From Alphaproteobacteria bacterium (GTDB lineage Bacteria > Pseudomonadota > Alphaproteobacteria > Rs-D84), in NCBI GenBank assembly GCA_017503725.1, contig JAFVSL010000003.1:6236-70235 (forward strand): DNA of 64,000 nucleotides. The letters run 5' to 3'. Numbering within the stretch: the first letter of the stretch is position 1; every line of letters starts with the position of its first letter. Positions 1 to 11,534 of this stretch are shown here, piece by piece. The translations under genes and the position numbers were made by a program. The notes beneath the pieces are model-generated. The model searched no databases and was not told the DNA's origin. It saw only the letters and a program-made list of their open reading frames with translations.

Positions 1-398
1 GTGAACCACACGCCCGTATGATTAACCGGGCCAAGCGTGTAATTGCGGTGGGAACGACATCTATGCGCGTGCTGGAATCGGCGGCGGCCGAACACGCCCG
101 TCGTGCGGCGCGGAACAAGAATCTTAATCCAAAACATCGTGTGTGTCCATTTGGTCAGAATACGGATATATTTATCACACCGGGCTATAAATTCCGTGCG
201 GTTGATGTACTGCTGACAAACTTTCATTTGCCGAAATCGACATTGTTTATGTTGGTGTCTGCGTTTTCTGGGCTGGATGAGATGCGCGCGGCATATAAAC
301 ACGCCGTTGATGAAAAATACAGATTTTTCAGTTATGGCGACTGCTGTCTGTTATTCAAAAGGGGGATAAGCGATGAAATACAATCCGACCCTGCATAA
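1..398 (+). CDS. queA: S-adenosylmethionine:tRNA ribosyltransferase-isomerase QueA, C-terminal part (5' end outside window)
   Basis: Frame is open from the window edge. [34 protein letters not shown] and [12 protein letters not shown] match the conserved QueA C-terminal half. tgt lies 1.3 kb downstream. Confidence 0.85.
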   Translation, partial: EPHARMINRAKRVIAVGTTSMRVLESAAAEHARRAARNKNLNPKHRVCPFGQNTDIFITPGYKFRAVDVLLTNFHLPKSTLFMLVSAFSGLDEMRAAYKHAVDEKYRFFSYGDCCLLFKRGISDEIQSDPA

Positions 399-1650
399 AT
401 TATCAAATGGTGTGACGGTTATCCTGGACCCGATGGATATTGAAACGGTTGCCATCAAGGTTCTGTTTACCACGGGCGATCGTGACGAGTTGCCGCACGA
501 ATATGGTATAACACATTTCTGTGAACATATGTTGTGCAAGGGAACATCCCAGTTGCCAAATAAAAAGGCCATTGATGATTATATGGATTATTATGGTGCA
601 TCGCGTAACGCGGTAACTGGCAATGCATATATGGCACTGATTGGGCGTGTGTTGGCGGAAAATGTAAATATCTTGATTGATTTCTTTGGTGACCAATTAC
701 AGGATTCTCTGTTTGAACCGGATAAGATAGAAATTGAGCGTAATGTTATTTGTGACGAACGTCGTCGTATGTTGGACAACCCTGATCGTCAGTTCGGCGA
801 TTTTATATCAAAGCATTTATTTGACTATGCAACATTTTCTTTCCGTGGCATAGGGCCGGTCGAAAACATTATGTCATTTACGCGCGAACAAATGCTGGAA
901 TTTATATCGCGCCGTTTTTCGGCTAAAAATTGCATAATATGCCTGTCGGGGCGCTTGGATAATCCCGATGCAACCTTGGCGCACATTGAAAAGCGTTTTT
1001 CGTTTTTGCCAACACACGATGTGTCACAAAACACAGAAATACATTATACACCGGCGGTGGCACATAATTCTTTGCCGGATAAAAACAATGTTCGCCTGCG
1101 TATTTTGTTTCCAGAAATATGGTCAAACACGATTGAAAACGAATATAAACGCATTTGTGTGTCGCGTTTCAAGCGATTTATAACGAAAAAGTTATCCGAT
1201 GTTCTGCGCCAGGAAAATGGCTTGGTCTATGGATTTGGCGGCACCACCGCCGGTAACGAGGTCTTTTCGGTTAATGGTTTTAGCACAGAAACATCGGCGC
1301 AAAATCTGGGGACGGTTGTGGCGCTGATTGCGAAAACCGCATATCAGATTTATTCACACCCAGACATAACGTTTGATGATTTAGACAGATTTAATCGCAA
1401 AGACAGATTGTCTGATGCAAACTGGCTGGAATCTGCCACGGCACGCTGTGACGCATTGGTTGGTGAATATCGTGTGCATGGAATTTTATACGATTTTTAT
1501 GATGCTGTACGTAAATATGATTCTGTGACCCCGGCTGATGTTATAAAATATTCACGTGGATTTTTTGATGGGCCGATATCTATTCTGACCCAGGGTGCGG
1601 ATTTTGACGGCGACTTAAAGCAAATATGGATTGATAATTTTAAGGAATAG
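373..1650 (+). CDS. M16 (pitrilysin/insulinase) family zinc peptidase
   Basis: 425 aa. HFCEH (HxxEH) zinc-binding motif near the N-terminus and an L-x-NG-x-x-V start are typical of the M16 family. The start overlaps the queA end by 26 nt. Confidence 0.75.
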   Translation: MKYNPTLHKLSNGVTVILDPMDIETVAIKVLFTTGDRDELPHEYGITHFCEHMLCKGTSQLPNKKAIDDYMDYYGASRNAVTGNAYMALIGRVLAENVNILIDFFGDQLQDSLFEPDKIEIERNVICDERRRMLDNPDRQFGDFISKHLFDYATFSFRGIGPVENIMSFTREQMLEFISRRFSAKNCIICLSGRLDNPDATLAHIEKRFSFLPTHDVSQNTEIHYTPAVAHNSLPDKNNVRLRILFPEIWSNTIENEYKRICVSRFKRFITKKLSDVLRQENGLVYGFGGTTAGNEVFSVNGFSTETSAQNLGTVVALIAKTAYQIYSHPDITFDDLDRFNRKDRLSDANWLESATARCDALVGEYRVHGILYDFYDAVRKYDSVTPADVIKYSRGFFDGPISILTQGADFDGDLKQIWIDNFKE

Positions 1651-1661
1651 GGTGGATATAA

Positions 1662-3078
<1,417 letters not shown>

Positions 3079-3140
3079 TTTATTGAAATATCGCATTACA
3101 ATCGTCTAAACTCTTTTACATAAAGTAAAGGAGTTTTTTT

Positions 3141-4124
3141 ATGGCAAAAAAACAAGTCGCGGTAATTGATATGGGCGGTGCAAAAACCGTACAGAAGAAG
3201 CAATCTGTTATCACCTGGACAAAACGTACATTTGCAATTGTGACGATTGTATGGCTGGCGTTGGTTGCCTGGTTCCCATTGCATGTTAAAAACACATATT
3301 CCCAACCGATAAAGAAGTCGATTGTTGTATCGATGTTCTTTGACCTGCAAAAGGGGATAGTAAAGCAATACGAAGCATTGTTGTCTGGTGTGGCAAAATC
3401 TATTAACCTTGAAAAACCAATCGCCGCCGCGATAAAGGGTGTCAAAATGGCTGATAACACTGTTGACAAGGTGACAAATGCCACTGATAAAGCCAAAGAT
3501 GCCACCGCAGACGTATCTGAAAAAACATCGGGGGTAAAGAAATTAACGGGCATTGCCAATAAATTCGGCATTAAAACCGGTGGCGTTGACAAAGCCGTCG
3601 CCCAGGTCGACCAGGGTGTCGCCCGTGCAAATGATGCAATCGCATCGGTTGATAAAACGGCACAACTGGTAAATGAAAAGTTGGATAAAATTCAGGGGGA
3701 TTTAACCCGTGTTGCACAAACCGAAATTGATAAAGCATTGGATGCGGCGGTAAAATTTGCGCTGGATAAAAACAGTGGTGGATTGGGCACAACATTGCTG
3801 ACTAATTACGGTATTGAACACGTTTACGCGTGGCGTCCGTCATCGTGGCCGGTCGCGACCAAGATTTATGATGATTTATCTAAATCGGATGTGGATACCA
3901 TAACCGTAATCACCCGCACGGTTGACACGTACTTTGGCTATGTTGCGTGGGGCCTGGTTGTGGGTGCGTGGGCGATTGGATTGTATATTTGGTGGTTGGT
4001 ATCTAAGAAGGTAAAATCTATTTTGAAACCGTTTAATGTATGTCCACGCTGTGGCCACACATATGCTGATAAACGCACGGCACTGGGGTTGTTAAAAGTG
4101 TTCCAGCCCTGGACGTGGTTTTGA
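3141..4124 (+). CDS. hypothetical membrane protein with coiled-coil middle and C-terminal CxxC
   Basis: aaaggag SD 7 nt upstream of the ATG. Hydrophobic helices FAIVTIVWLALVAWF and VAWGLVVGAWAIGLYIWWLV flank an Ala/Lys/Asp-rich repetitive middle. CPRCGH near the C-terminus. No family recognised. Confidence 0.55.
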   Translation: MAKKQVAVIDMGGAKTVQKKQSVITWTKRTFAIVTIVWLALVAWFPLHVKNTYSQPIKKSIVVSMFFDLQKGIVKQYEALLSGVAKSINLEKPIAAAIKGVKMADNTVDKVTNATDKAKDATADVSEKTSGVKKLTGIANKFGIKTGGVDKAVAQVDQGVARANDAIASVDKTAQLVNEKLDKIQGDLTRVAQTEIDKALDAAVKFALDKNSGGLGTTLLTNYGIEHVYAWRPSSWPVATKIYDDLSKSDVDTITVITRTVDTYFGYVAWGLVVGAWAIGLYIWWLVSKKVKSILKPFNVCPRCGHTYADKRTALGLLKVFQPWTWF

Positions 4125-4210
4125 TAATGGGTTGAAAATAGGATGGAAAATAAAAAGCGAAAAAAATACTTGCAATGCGAAAAAATATATGTCAATATAT
4201 ACCACGCAAT

Positions 4211-4287
4211 GCGAGCGTAGCTCAGTTGGCTAGAGCGCAACCTTGCCAAGGTTGAGGTCGAGGGTTCGAGCCCCTTTGCTCGCACCA
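4211..4287 (+). tRNA. tRNA-Gly (anticodon GCC), CCA encoded
   Basis: Hand-folded cloverleaf: acceptor GCGAGCG/TGCTCGC, D arm GCTC..GAGC, anticodon stem CAACC/GGTTG with loop TTGCCAA, T arm GAGGG-TTCGAGC-CCCTT, then ACCA. TTGCAA-N17-CAATAT promoter at 4170-4198. Confidence 0.9.
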
Positions 4288-4294
4288 GGATTTA

Positions 4295-4324
4295 TAAGAC
4301 CGTCCTTGTGGGCGGTCTTATTTC
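4295..4324 (+). terminator. rho-independent terminator after tRNA-Gly
   Basis: taagaccg..cggtctta hairpin followed by a T-run. Confidence 0.7.
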
Positions 4325-4459
4325 AAATAAACAGGATGCATAGAATAATGAAATTGTTTATTAAACGTTTTAATTGATTGTGCGACCAACAGTAACAAAA
4401 CTGCGGGCGCACTTTGGTACGTCCGTTTTTTTATAAAAAAAGCCAAGGGAAAACAAAAA

Positions 4460-5935
4460 ATGTCAGAAAATACAACAAATACAGCGATTTCAACAAACGA
4501 ATTGACGGCACGTCTGCAAAAGGCTGAAAATATCCATGCCCGTGACGGCGTTGTATGGAAAGACAAATTTGATCGCACACACACGATTGAAGCGGCACGT
4601 GAATTAGCCGATGGTACGGCGGTGCGTCTGGCGGGTCGTGTGACTGCATTGCGTTGGCTGGGCAAATTGATGTTTGGTCGTATTTATGACATCAATGGTG
4701 AAATTCAGTTTTCTATGTCCCGCGAAGAATTGGGCGAAGAAAATTACAAATTTATGAAGGCTAATGTTGACCTGGGTGATTTTATTGGTATTACGGGCGA
4801 ATTGTATCACACAACCGCGGGCGAATTGACGGTCAAAGTGTCCGCGTATGAAATTCTGGCCAAGGCCCTGCGCCCATTGCCGGAAAAGTATCACGGCCTG
4901 ACCGATATGGAAACCAGATATCGCCAGCGTTATTTAGATATCATCTCGAATCCAGAGGCACGCAATGCCTTGCTGGGGCGTTTCAAGATGACACAGTACT
5001 GGCGTGATTATATGAACCGCAACGGTTTCTTGGAAATTGAAACACCAATTATGCAGAATATTGCATCTGGTGCGGCGGCGCGTCCATTTACAACACATCA
5101 CAATGCCCTGGATACAGATTTTCAGTTGCGTATTTCGCCTGAATTATTCTTGAAACAGGCCATTGGTGCCGGCTTTGACCGCGTGTATGAGGTTGCCAAA
5201 GACTTCCGCAACGAGGGTATGGATGCAATGCACCTGCAAGAATTCACAATGGTTGAATGGTACGCGGCATATTGGGACTTTAACGACAATATTAAATTTA
5301 CGTGGGAACTAATCCAGGAATTATTGATGAAATGTCGCGGTACACTGCAAATCGAATATCAGGGTACGGCATTGGATTTCAGCAAATATGAAATGATTGA
5401 CTATACGGCCAAGATGAACGAATTCTTTGGTTGCGATATTCTGGATTTTGATGATGTCGATGCCCTGCGCCAGAAATTGGTGGATAACGGTATGTTCCCG
5501 ATGGCGGAATTAGAAGATTTAAAATCAATCCCGACATTGGTTGACTATGTATACAAGCGCAAGATTCGTGGCGACATTGTAAATCCAACATTCTTGTATA
5601 ACTATCCTGCGTATATGGTTCCATTGGCCCGTCGCAGCGATGCCGACGAACGCAGAATCGATATGTATCAGTTATTGGTATGTGGTGCCGAAATTTGCAA
5701 GGGGTATTCTGAACTTGTAAACCCAATCCAGCAATTGGCCGCATTCGAAGAACAGGCCCGCAATATCGCCGACGGCGACGAAGAAGCCTTTAACCCTGAC
5801 AACGACTTTGTTCGTGCGATGGAACACGGTTTCCCACCGATTTCCGGTGTTGGAATGGGTGTTGACAGATTGGCCAGCATCATTTTCGATCAGCCAACCT
5901 TGCGCGATGTAATCTTGTTCCCGATAATGAAATAG
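4460..5935 (+). CDS. lysS: lysine--tRNA ligase, class II
   Basis: 491 aa. N-terminal OB-fold region, then class II motifs (KDFRNEGMDAMHLQEFTMVEWY, GVGMGVDRL) characteristic of LysS. Confidence 0.93.
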   Translation: MSENTTNTAISTNELTARLQKAENIHARDGVVWKDKFDRTHTIEAARELADGTAVRLAGRVTALRWLGKLMFGRIYDINGEIQFSMSREELGEENYKFMKANVDLGDFIGITGELYHTTAGELTVKVSAYEILAKALRPLPEKYHGLTDMETRYRQRYLDIISNPEARNALLGRFKMTQYWRDYMNRNGFLEIETPIMQNIASGAAARPFTTHHNALDTDFQLRISPELFLKQAIGAGFDRVYEVAKDFRNEGMDAMHLQEFTMVEWYAAYWDFNDNIKFTWELIQELLMKCRGTLQIEYQGTALDFSKYEMIDYTAKMNEFFGCDILDFDDVDALRQKLVDNGMFPMAELEDLKSIPTLVDYVYKRKIRGDIVNPTFLYNYPAYMVPLARRSDADERRIDMYQLLVCGAEICKGYSELVNPIQQLAAFEEQARNIADGDEEAFNPDNDFVRAMEHGFPPISGVGMGVDRLASIIFDQPTLRDVILFPIMK

Positions 5936-5946
5936 TGGTGGTGATT

Positions 5947-7347
5947 ATGAACGATGGTATGCCAGATGGCTATGCGGAAACATTAACCCTGGAACGGGAC
6001 AGAAAGAATTTATCTGCAATTGATAATGCTGTTGAATCCGGTCGCATTAACGAAGAGGCGGCCGAATACCTGCGCACACTGTACAGCGACAGTATGACCT
6101 GGTTCCGCGAAATATTTCATATCCTGGGCAAATCGTTTGGTGCGCCCAAGGCCCCCGTTATGAAATACGATTATGCGACGGATTCGGCGATTGATGAACC
6201 GATGAAGATTTCAGACATTCATCCATTGTCGCCATATGTTGTTCAGCATCGTCTGGACGCCGACCCAATGCGTAATCAGTTCTTTACCAGTGCCCCTGGT
6301 CATAAAATCGAATTGTCTGTGTCGTCAATTGTAACGGTTATCGTCGCGGCCCAGAAGAAAATAGAACGTGCCCTGGACAAGATTACGGGCAAATATTATC
6401 GTGACTATGTAAATGACGTTGCGCGTGCAGCGTCCCGCGTATTAAGTGCCGATGGCCGTGATGCATCTGCGCGTGCGATATCTGACAAAATCCATAAAAT
6501 TTTTGACGAGAAATATATCACGAATGCATCTGAAACGGTCCTGTCGATTATTGGCCGTGGACACGAAAAAATAGCGGTTGAAATGGTTCGCGCCCTGGAT
6601 AAAATTGAAAAGCCGCATCAACGATTACAAGATGTCTGGCGTGTAAAGTGTCTTTTTGATTTAATCCCCCAGGCACGGACATTTGTTGAGCGTCTTTATT
6701 CCGCAATGCCAGAGCGCATTTTGTCCAGCCGTGACAAGTTTTATGATATGACGAACCCGCGTAATTATCGTGATGCCAAGATTATATTAAACATCGGTCA
6801 CGGCAAGACGGTAATTCCAATGGAAATTATATGCCAGGTTCGTACGTTCTTTGAATTCGAGCGCAAAACACACGAAGTGTATGAAACAACACGTCGCGCC
6901 AAAAATGCCAAATCCGATAATATGGAAAGTAAATTAGCCACGTTCTTGGAAGATGGTGTAAAATCGTACAACCACGTGATTTGTCGCTGTTTGGAAGCCT
7001 TGTTTGAACGCGTCGGTTGGAATATTTTATATTCCCAGGACAATCGCATATCTATGTTCGAAGGATTCCCACACGAATGTAAATTGTATTATCCACAAAA
7101 GATATTGGATAACATCAATGAAAAACTGGACGACGCCATTGAAAACGAAGTTTTTCGTGTCGAAAATGCGCCGACAAAATTAAGCGCTAATCAACAGGCC
7201 AAGATTTTCCATTTTATGGCGCGTTTTGTCCTGGTATCTGCGATGCCATATATGCAACGTGACTGGGCATTTGCCCCAACGACCCAGGCAGAAAAGTTAT
7301 TTAACTTTGTAATGAACGAGGTCCAACGTTACTATAAGAAATCATAA
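5947..7347 (+). CDS. RelA/SpoT-like nucleotidyltransferase domain protein (divergent, function unknown)
   Basis: The central segment DVWRVKCL...RDKFYDMTNPRNYRDAKIIL...MEIICQVRTFFEFERKTHEVYE resembles RSH synthetase motifs (D-x-x-G-x-R-[IV], NGY-x-S-x-H, E-[IV]-Q-[IV]-RT...H..YK). The frame is open from GTG 5935, which overlaps the lysS stop. ATG 5947 has a ggtggtga SD. Confidence 0.5.
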   Translation: MNDGMPDGYAETLTLERDRKNLSAIDNAVESGRINEEAAEYLRTLYSDSMTWFREIFHILGKSFGAPKAPVMKYDYATDSAIDEPMKISDIHPLSPYVVQHRLDADPMRNQFFTSAPGHKIELSVSSIVTVIVAAQKKIERALDKITGKYYRDYVNDVARAASRVLSADGRDASARAISDKIHKIFDEKYITNASETVLSIIGRGHEKIAVEMVRALDKIEKPHQRLQDVWRVKCLFDLIPQARTFVERLYSAMPERILSSRDKFYDMTNPRNYRDAKIILNIGHGKTVIPMEIICQVRTFFEFERKTHEVYETTRRAKNAKSDNMESKLATFLEDGVKSYNHVICRCLEALFERVGWNILYSQDNRISMFEGFPHECKLYYPQKILDNINEKLDDAIENEVFRVENAPTKLSANQQAKIFHFMARFVLVSAMPYMQRDWAFAPTTQAEKLFNFVMNEVQRYYKKS

Positions 7348-7356
7348 ACTGATTTT

Positions 7357-7381
7357 GCCCGCCATATGGCGGGTATTTTTA
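7357..7381 (+). terminator. rho-independent terminator
   Basis: cccgcc-atat-ggcggg hairpin plus a T-run. Confidence 0.75.
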
Positions 7382-7474
7382 TTCCCCTTGCGTTAAATGG
7401 TCAAAAATGTAAAAATAGTATCAGGTTCTTGACTGTCTTGCAGAACCATAACAAGCATAACAAAGGATACGATT

Positions 7475-7816
7475 ATGCGTCAGGGAAAAGTAAAATGGTA
7501 CAACGGTAAAAAATGTTTTGGGTTTATTACCCCGGACACACCAAATGAAAATGGTAACACAGATGATGTATTTGTTCATTCCAGTTCGTTAAAGGCTGCG
7601 GGCATCCGCTTCTTGAATGAAAATGATATCGTAGAATTCGAAGAAGAGGTGCGCAATGATAAATTATCAGCCACAACAATTACATTGATTCAGCGTGACG
7701 AAGAATCCGCCCGCCGTTTCCAAGAACGTCGTGCCGAACGTCGTCGCGCGATAGAGGACAGAAAGCAACGCGAAGAAAAATCAACCCGTCGTGGATTTGC
7801 ATTCTGGAAAAAATAA
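7475..7816 (+). CDS. cold-shock domain protein with Arg/Glu-rich C-terminal tail
   Basis: GKVKWYNGKKCFGFITPD...DVFVHSSSL is a CspA-type cold-shock domain. It is followed by a charged RRFQERRAERRRAIEDRKQREEK tail. Confidence 0.85.
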   Translation: MRQGKVKWYNGKKCFGFITPDTPNENGNTDDVFVHSSSLKAAGIRFLNENDIVEFEEEVRNDKLSATTITLIQRDEESARRFQERRAERRRAIEDRKQREEKSTRRGFAFWKK

Positions 7817-7827
7817 TATTTATATCT

Positions 7828-7859
7828 AAAAAAAAATCCCCCGTTTGGGGGATTTTTTA
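7828..7859. terminator. bidirectional rho-independent terminator (csp / dnaK)
   Basis: aaaaaaatcccccgtttgggggatttttt: a perfect hairpin flanked by an A-run and a T-run. It overlaps the dnaK stop. Confidence 0.85.
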
Positions 7860-9752
7860 TTTCTTTTCAGAAAAATCTGCATCAACCGTGCCGTCGTCGT
7901 TTTTCGTGTCGTTGGCACCGGATGCGGCGGCTTGTTCCGCCTGGGCGGCTTTATAAACCGCTTCGCCCAATTTCATTGCCTTTTCAGACAATGCATCGGT
8001 CTTGGCTTTCAAAGATTCTGCGGTTGCGTCCGCCTTGGCCAATTCGTCTGCCAATTCTTTTTTGGCGTCTTCAATGGCTTTCTTTTCATCTTCGCTGATT
8101 TTATCGCCGTGTTCTTTCAGTGACTTTTCAATACTGAATATCGCTGTCTCGGCGGTGTTTTTCGCCTCGGCCAGTTCGCGTTTCAGTTTATCTGCCTCTG
8201 CATTGGCGGCGGCTTCATCAACCATACGTTTGATTTCATCTTCCGACAGGCCACCGTCTGATTTAATAGAAATCGCCTGTTCTTTGCCGGTGCCTTTGTC
8301 TTTGGCCGATACATGAACAATGCCGTTTGCGTCGATATCGAACGAAACCTCAATCTGTGGCATACCACGTGGGGCCGGGGCAATACCTTCCAGGTTAAAT
8401 TGACCCAATAACTTGTTGTCTGCGGCCATATCACGTTCACCCTGGAATACGCGAATTGTCACGGCCGATTGATTGTCTTCGGCTGTACTGAATACCTGTG
8501 ACTTTTTCGTTGGGATTGTGGTATTGCGGTCGATTAAGCGTGTAAATACGCCGCCCAACGTTTCAATACCCAATGACAATGGTGTAACGTCCAGCAACAG
8601 AACATCTTTTACATCACCTTTTAAAACACCACCTTGAATTGCGGCACCCATACCGACAACTTCGTCTGGGTTAACGCCTTTGTGTGGTTCGCGACCAAAG
8701 AATTCTTTGACCGTTTCTGCAACCTTTGGCATACGGGTTTGGCCACCGACCAAGATAACTTCGTTAATCTGTGATTTTTCCAAGCCGGCGTCTTTTAATG
8801 CCTTTTTGCACGGTTCGATTGTGCGTTCAATCAAATCACCCACCAAAGATTCCAACTTTGCACGTGTCAGTGTCGTGTTAAAGTGCTTCGGACCTGTTGC
8901 GTCCGCCGTCAAGAACGGCAGGTTGATGTCCGTCGACGTCTTCGAAGATAATTCGATTTTTGCCTTTTCTGCGGCCTCTTTCAAGCGTTGCAGGGCCAAT
9001 TTATCGCCCGACAAATCAATTCCGGTCTGGGATTTGAATTCCGCAATCAGGTGTTCCAAAATACGCGCGTCAAAGTCCGAACCACCCAATGCGGTATCGC
9101 CGTTGGTGGATTTTACTTCGAACACACCGTCGATAATTTCCAGGATGGATACGTCAAACGTACCACCCCCCAGGTCGTAGACCGCGATAATGCCGTCTTT
9201 ACCCTTGTCCAGGCCATATGCCAACGCGGCGGCGGTTGGTTCATTAACGATACGTAATACATTCAGGCCCGCAATACGACCGGCGTCTTTTGTTGCCTGG
9301 CGCTGGGAATCATTAAAGTACGCAGGTACCGTAATAACCGCATCTGTTACCGGTTCGCCTAAATAGCTTTCCGCATCTTTTTTCAGTTTACCTAAAATCA
9401 TAGCGGAAATCTGGGATGGGGCATATTTTTTGCCATCCATTTCAACCCAGGCGTCACCATTGTCACCCGCAACGATTTTGTATGGAACACGTGCGGCAAT
9501 TTCTTTGACGGCCGGGCTGTCAAAACGCAAGCCCATTAAACGTTTAATTTCATAGATAGTATTCTCGGGGTTTGTGACGGCCTGATTCTTGGCGGTAATA
9601 CCAACCAATTGTTCGCCGTTTGATGTCAGTGCCACAACCGATGGTGTTGTGCGCTGTCCCTCTGAATTTTCGATAATTTTTGGGTCCGTTCCGTCCATAA
9701 AAGCCATCGCGGAATTAGTCGTCCCCAGGTCAATACCAATTACTTTTCCCAT
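7857..9752 (-). CDS. dnaK: molecular chaperone DnaK (Hsp70)
   Basis: [14 protein letters not shown] start with an AAGGAG SD 8 nt upstream (the track ORF starts 3 codons earlier at a GTG inside the SD). Hsp70 signatures DLGGGTFD and [11 protein letters not shown]. No grpE or dnaJ adjacent. Confidence 0.97.
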   Translation of the reverse strand: MGKVIGIDLGTTNSAMAFMDGTDPKIIENSEGQRTTPSVVALTSNGEQLVGITAKNQAVTNPENTIYEIKRLMGLRFDSPAVKEIAARVPYKIVAGDNGDAWVEMDGKKYAPSQISAMILGKLKKDAESYLGEPVTDAVITVPAYFNDSQRQATKDAGRIAGLNVLRIVNEPTAAALAYGLDKGKDGIIAVYDLGGGTFDVSILEIIDGVFEVKSTNGDTALGGSDFDARILEHLIAEFKSQTGIDLSGDKLALQRLKEAAEKAKIELSSKTSTDINLPFLTADATGPKHFNTTLTRAKLESLVGDLIERTIEPCKKALKDAGLEKSQINEVILVGGQTRMPKVAETVKEFFGREPHKGVNPDEVVGMGAAIQGGVLKGDVKDVLLLDVTPLSLGIETLGGVFTRLIDRNTTIPTKKSQVFSTAEDNQSAVTIRVFQGERDMAADNKLLGQFNLEGIAPAPRGMPQIEVSFDIDANGIVHVSAKDKGTGKEQAISIKSDGGLSEDEIKRMVDEAAANAEADKLKRELAEAKNTAETAIFSIEKSLKEHGDKISEDEKKAIEDAKKELADELAKADATAESLKAKTDALSEKAMKLGEAVYKAAQAEQAAASGANDTKNDDGTVDADFSEKK

Positions 9753-9786
9753 TTTGTTCACTCCTTAAAATTTTCGCTTAACCACC

Positions 9787-9817
9787 ATATAGTTATGCAA
9801 AAAATGTTTTCAAGGGG
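9787..9817 (-). promoter_or_regulatory. candidate RpoH (sigma32)-type heat-shock promoter for dnaK
   Basis: The minus strand reads CCCCTTGAA-N16-CTATAT, about 35 nt upstream of the dnaK start. The -35 matches the sigma32 CCCTTGAA consensus; the -10 is only approximate. Confidence 0.45.
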
Positions 9818-9825
9818 CAACAGAC

Positions 9826-10743
9826 TTATTTTCTTAATTTTTTATTCAGTTCTGGGACGTGTTTTAATATCGCGGTATCTTCGATATCATTCATATCGTG
9901 TTTATCAAAATCGGCACGCTGAAAAGTATTTTCTGCAAACGTCTGTCCGTGCATAACATCACCACGTGATTTGCGCCGCTGATATTCCGCCCACGATTTA
10001 CAGTAATAGTGATTGGTACGAATCACATTTTTGTTTGGGTAAATCGTCTTTGATGCACAGACCCCGACGTGCACAAACGCATCAAAAATCAGGCGTGGGT
10101 TAATAATAGATTTTCTGTGCCAAATTTTTCGCGCAGATTTTGTATAACTTTCAATAACCAGGCCACTGGGTTTTTCAACGTGCCCATTTGAGCCAAAGAA
10201 TAACCACGGTGTTGAAACCTGGCCAACAGATTTTGGTAATGAACGCAGATAGTCCGCGATATTTCCGTGCTTGATTGGTAAAATAAATTCGTCTAAATCC
10301 ACAACCGCCAACCACGTCGTATCAAATTTATGCGTTTCGATACAGTGTCTGTATGCGGGCAACTGTTGTCGTTGTCCGGGCCAGTATTTATATTCAACAA
10401 ACCCAGAATCGATATATGGCTTCAAGATTTCCATCGTGTTATCATCGCTTTCATTATCATAGATGTATATCTTGTCAACACCCAACAAAGAATAGTATTC
10501 CAACCATTCTGGTAAATACGCAGACTCGTTCTTAATAATTGCCAACACGGACAAGAAATGTTTCTGGTGTGGGTGTGATTTGTCGATGTGTTTCATTTGG
10601 CGTGCTTGCTTTAAAAATGCCCGCCATCCTTCTGGATAATCCAGTGCGCTTGTGATTCTGTGACGCCACGAACGAACCGGGACAAAGGTTGAAATTAAAC
10701 GTCTAATGGTTTTTCTGTGTTTTTGATAAAAAGACATCGCCAC
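9826..10743 (-). CDS. glycosyltransferase, GT92/DUF23-like (GT-A fold)
   Basis: LSVLAIIKNESAYLPEWLEYYSLLGVDKIYIYDNESDD and VVDLDEF (DxD-like) follow the pattern of GT92-type transferases. Assignment is by recall only. Confidence 0.55.
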   Translation of the reverse strand: MAMSFYQKHRKTIRRLISTFVPVRSWRHRITSALDYPEGWRAFLKQARQMKHIDKSHPHQKHFLSVLAIIKNESAYLPEWLEYYSLLGVDKIYIYDNESDDNTMEILKPYIDSGFVEYKYWPGQRQQLPAYRHCIETHKFDTTWLAVVDLDEFILPIKHGNIADYLRSLPKSVGQVSTPWLFFGSNGHVEKPSGLVIESYTKSARKIWHRKSIINPRLIFDAFVHVGVCASKTIYPNKNVIRTNHYYCKSWAEYQRRKSRGDVMHGQTFAENTFQRADFDKHDMNDIEDTAILKHVPELNKKLRK

Positions 10744-10801
10744 CCCCGTGTGATTATTATTGCGATAATAATCCTAGCAAAGGGATGGCGAATGTACAAA
10801 T

Positions 10802-10833
10802 AAAAAATCCCGCCATTTGGCGGGGATTTTTTT
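10802..10833 (-). terminator. rho-independent terminator after rplY
   Basis: aaaaaatcccgccatttggcggggattttttt hairpin with flanking A and T runs. Confidence 0.8.
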
Positions 10834-11431
10834 ATTTTGCGGCTGCGGCTTTTTTGTCGTCTTCTTCGGCCGGCATTTTACCACCGATTGTCGCAAAGGC
10901 TAATTCTGCCTGGTGCAGGCCCAATTCAACGCCCGCCGGCAATACCAAATCAGTACCGTGAACCACGTCACCAATTGTCAGGTCAGACAAATCGATTGTG
11001 ATTTTTTCTGGAATTACATCAACCAAACCACGCAACGCAACCTTACGTACCGCAAAGTTCAACGTGCCACCCAATTTCAATCCCTTGGATGTTTCGACAT
11101 TGATAACTTCGACCGGAACAACCACGCTAACCGGCTTTTTAACGTCGATACGTTTAAAGTCTGCGTGAATTGCCATATCGGTCACCGGATGATATTGAAT
11201 ATCCATCAGCATAGCATCTTCGGTGCCGTTTGGTGTTGCGATTTGGAACAATTTTGTCCGCAATCCTGGTATTTTAATCAGCATTTCAAATTCACGACCG
11301 TTCAGAACGATTGAAACAGGGGCTTTCTTTTCGCCATAGATAACAGCCGGAATATTTTTGTTATTGCGGGTGCTACGTGCGGCCCCCTTGCCGGTACGTT
11401 CGCGAATTTCTGCGTTAATGTTAATTGCCAT
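10832..11431 (-). CDS. rplY: 50S ribosomal protein L25 / general stress protein Ctc
   Basis: MAININAEIRERTGKGAARSTRNNKNIPAVIYG matches the L25 N-terminus, and the long form carries the Ctc C-domain. The track ORF starts 11 codons upstream. Confidence 0.88.
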   Translation of the reverse strand: MAININAEIRERTGKGAARSTRNNKNIPAVIYGEKKAPVSIVLNGREFEMLIKIPGLRTKLFQIATPNGTEDAMLMDIQYHPVTDMAIHADFKRIDVKKPVSVVVPVEVINVETSKGLKLGGTLNFAVRKVALRGLVDVIPEKITIDLSDLTIGDVVHGTDLVLPAGVELGLHQAELAFATIGGKMPAEEDDKKAAAAK

Positions 11432-11534
11432 TTTTATATCCTTTTTATAGCATTTGTTATACATTGCCCAGCCTCCAAGGGTGCTGTGCGACGCGTATTA
11501 TTACCCAAAAGAACCGAAAAATCAAGTGATTTTA

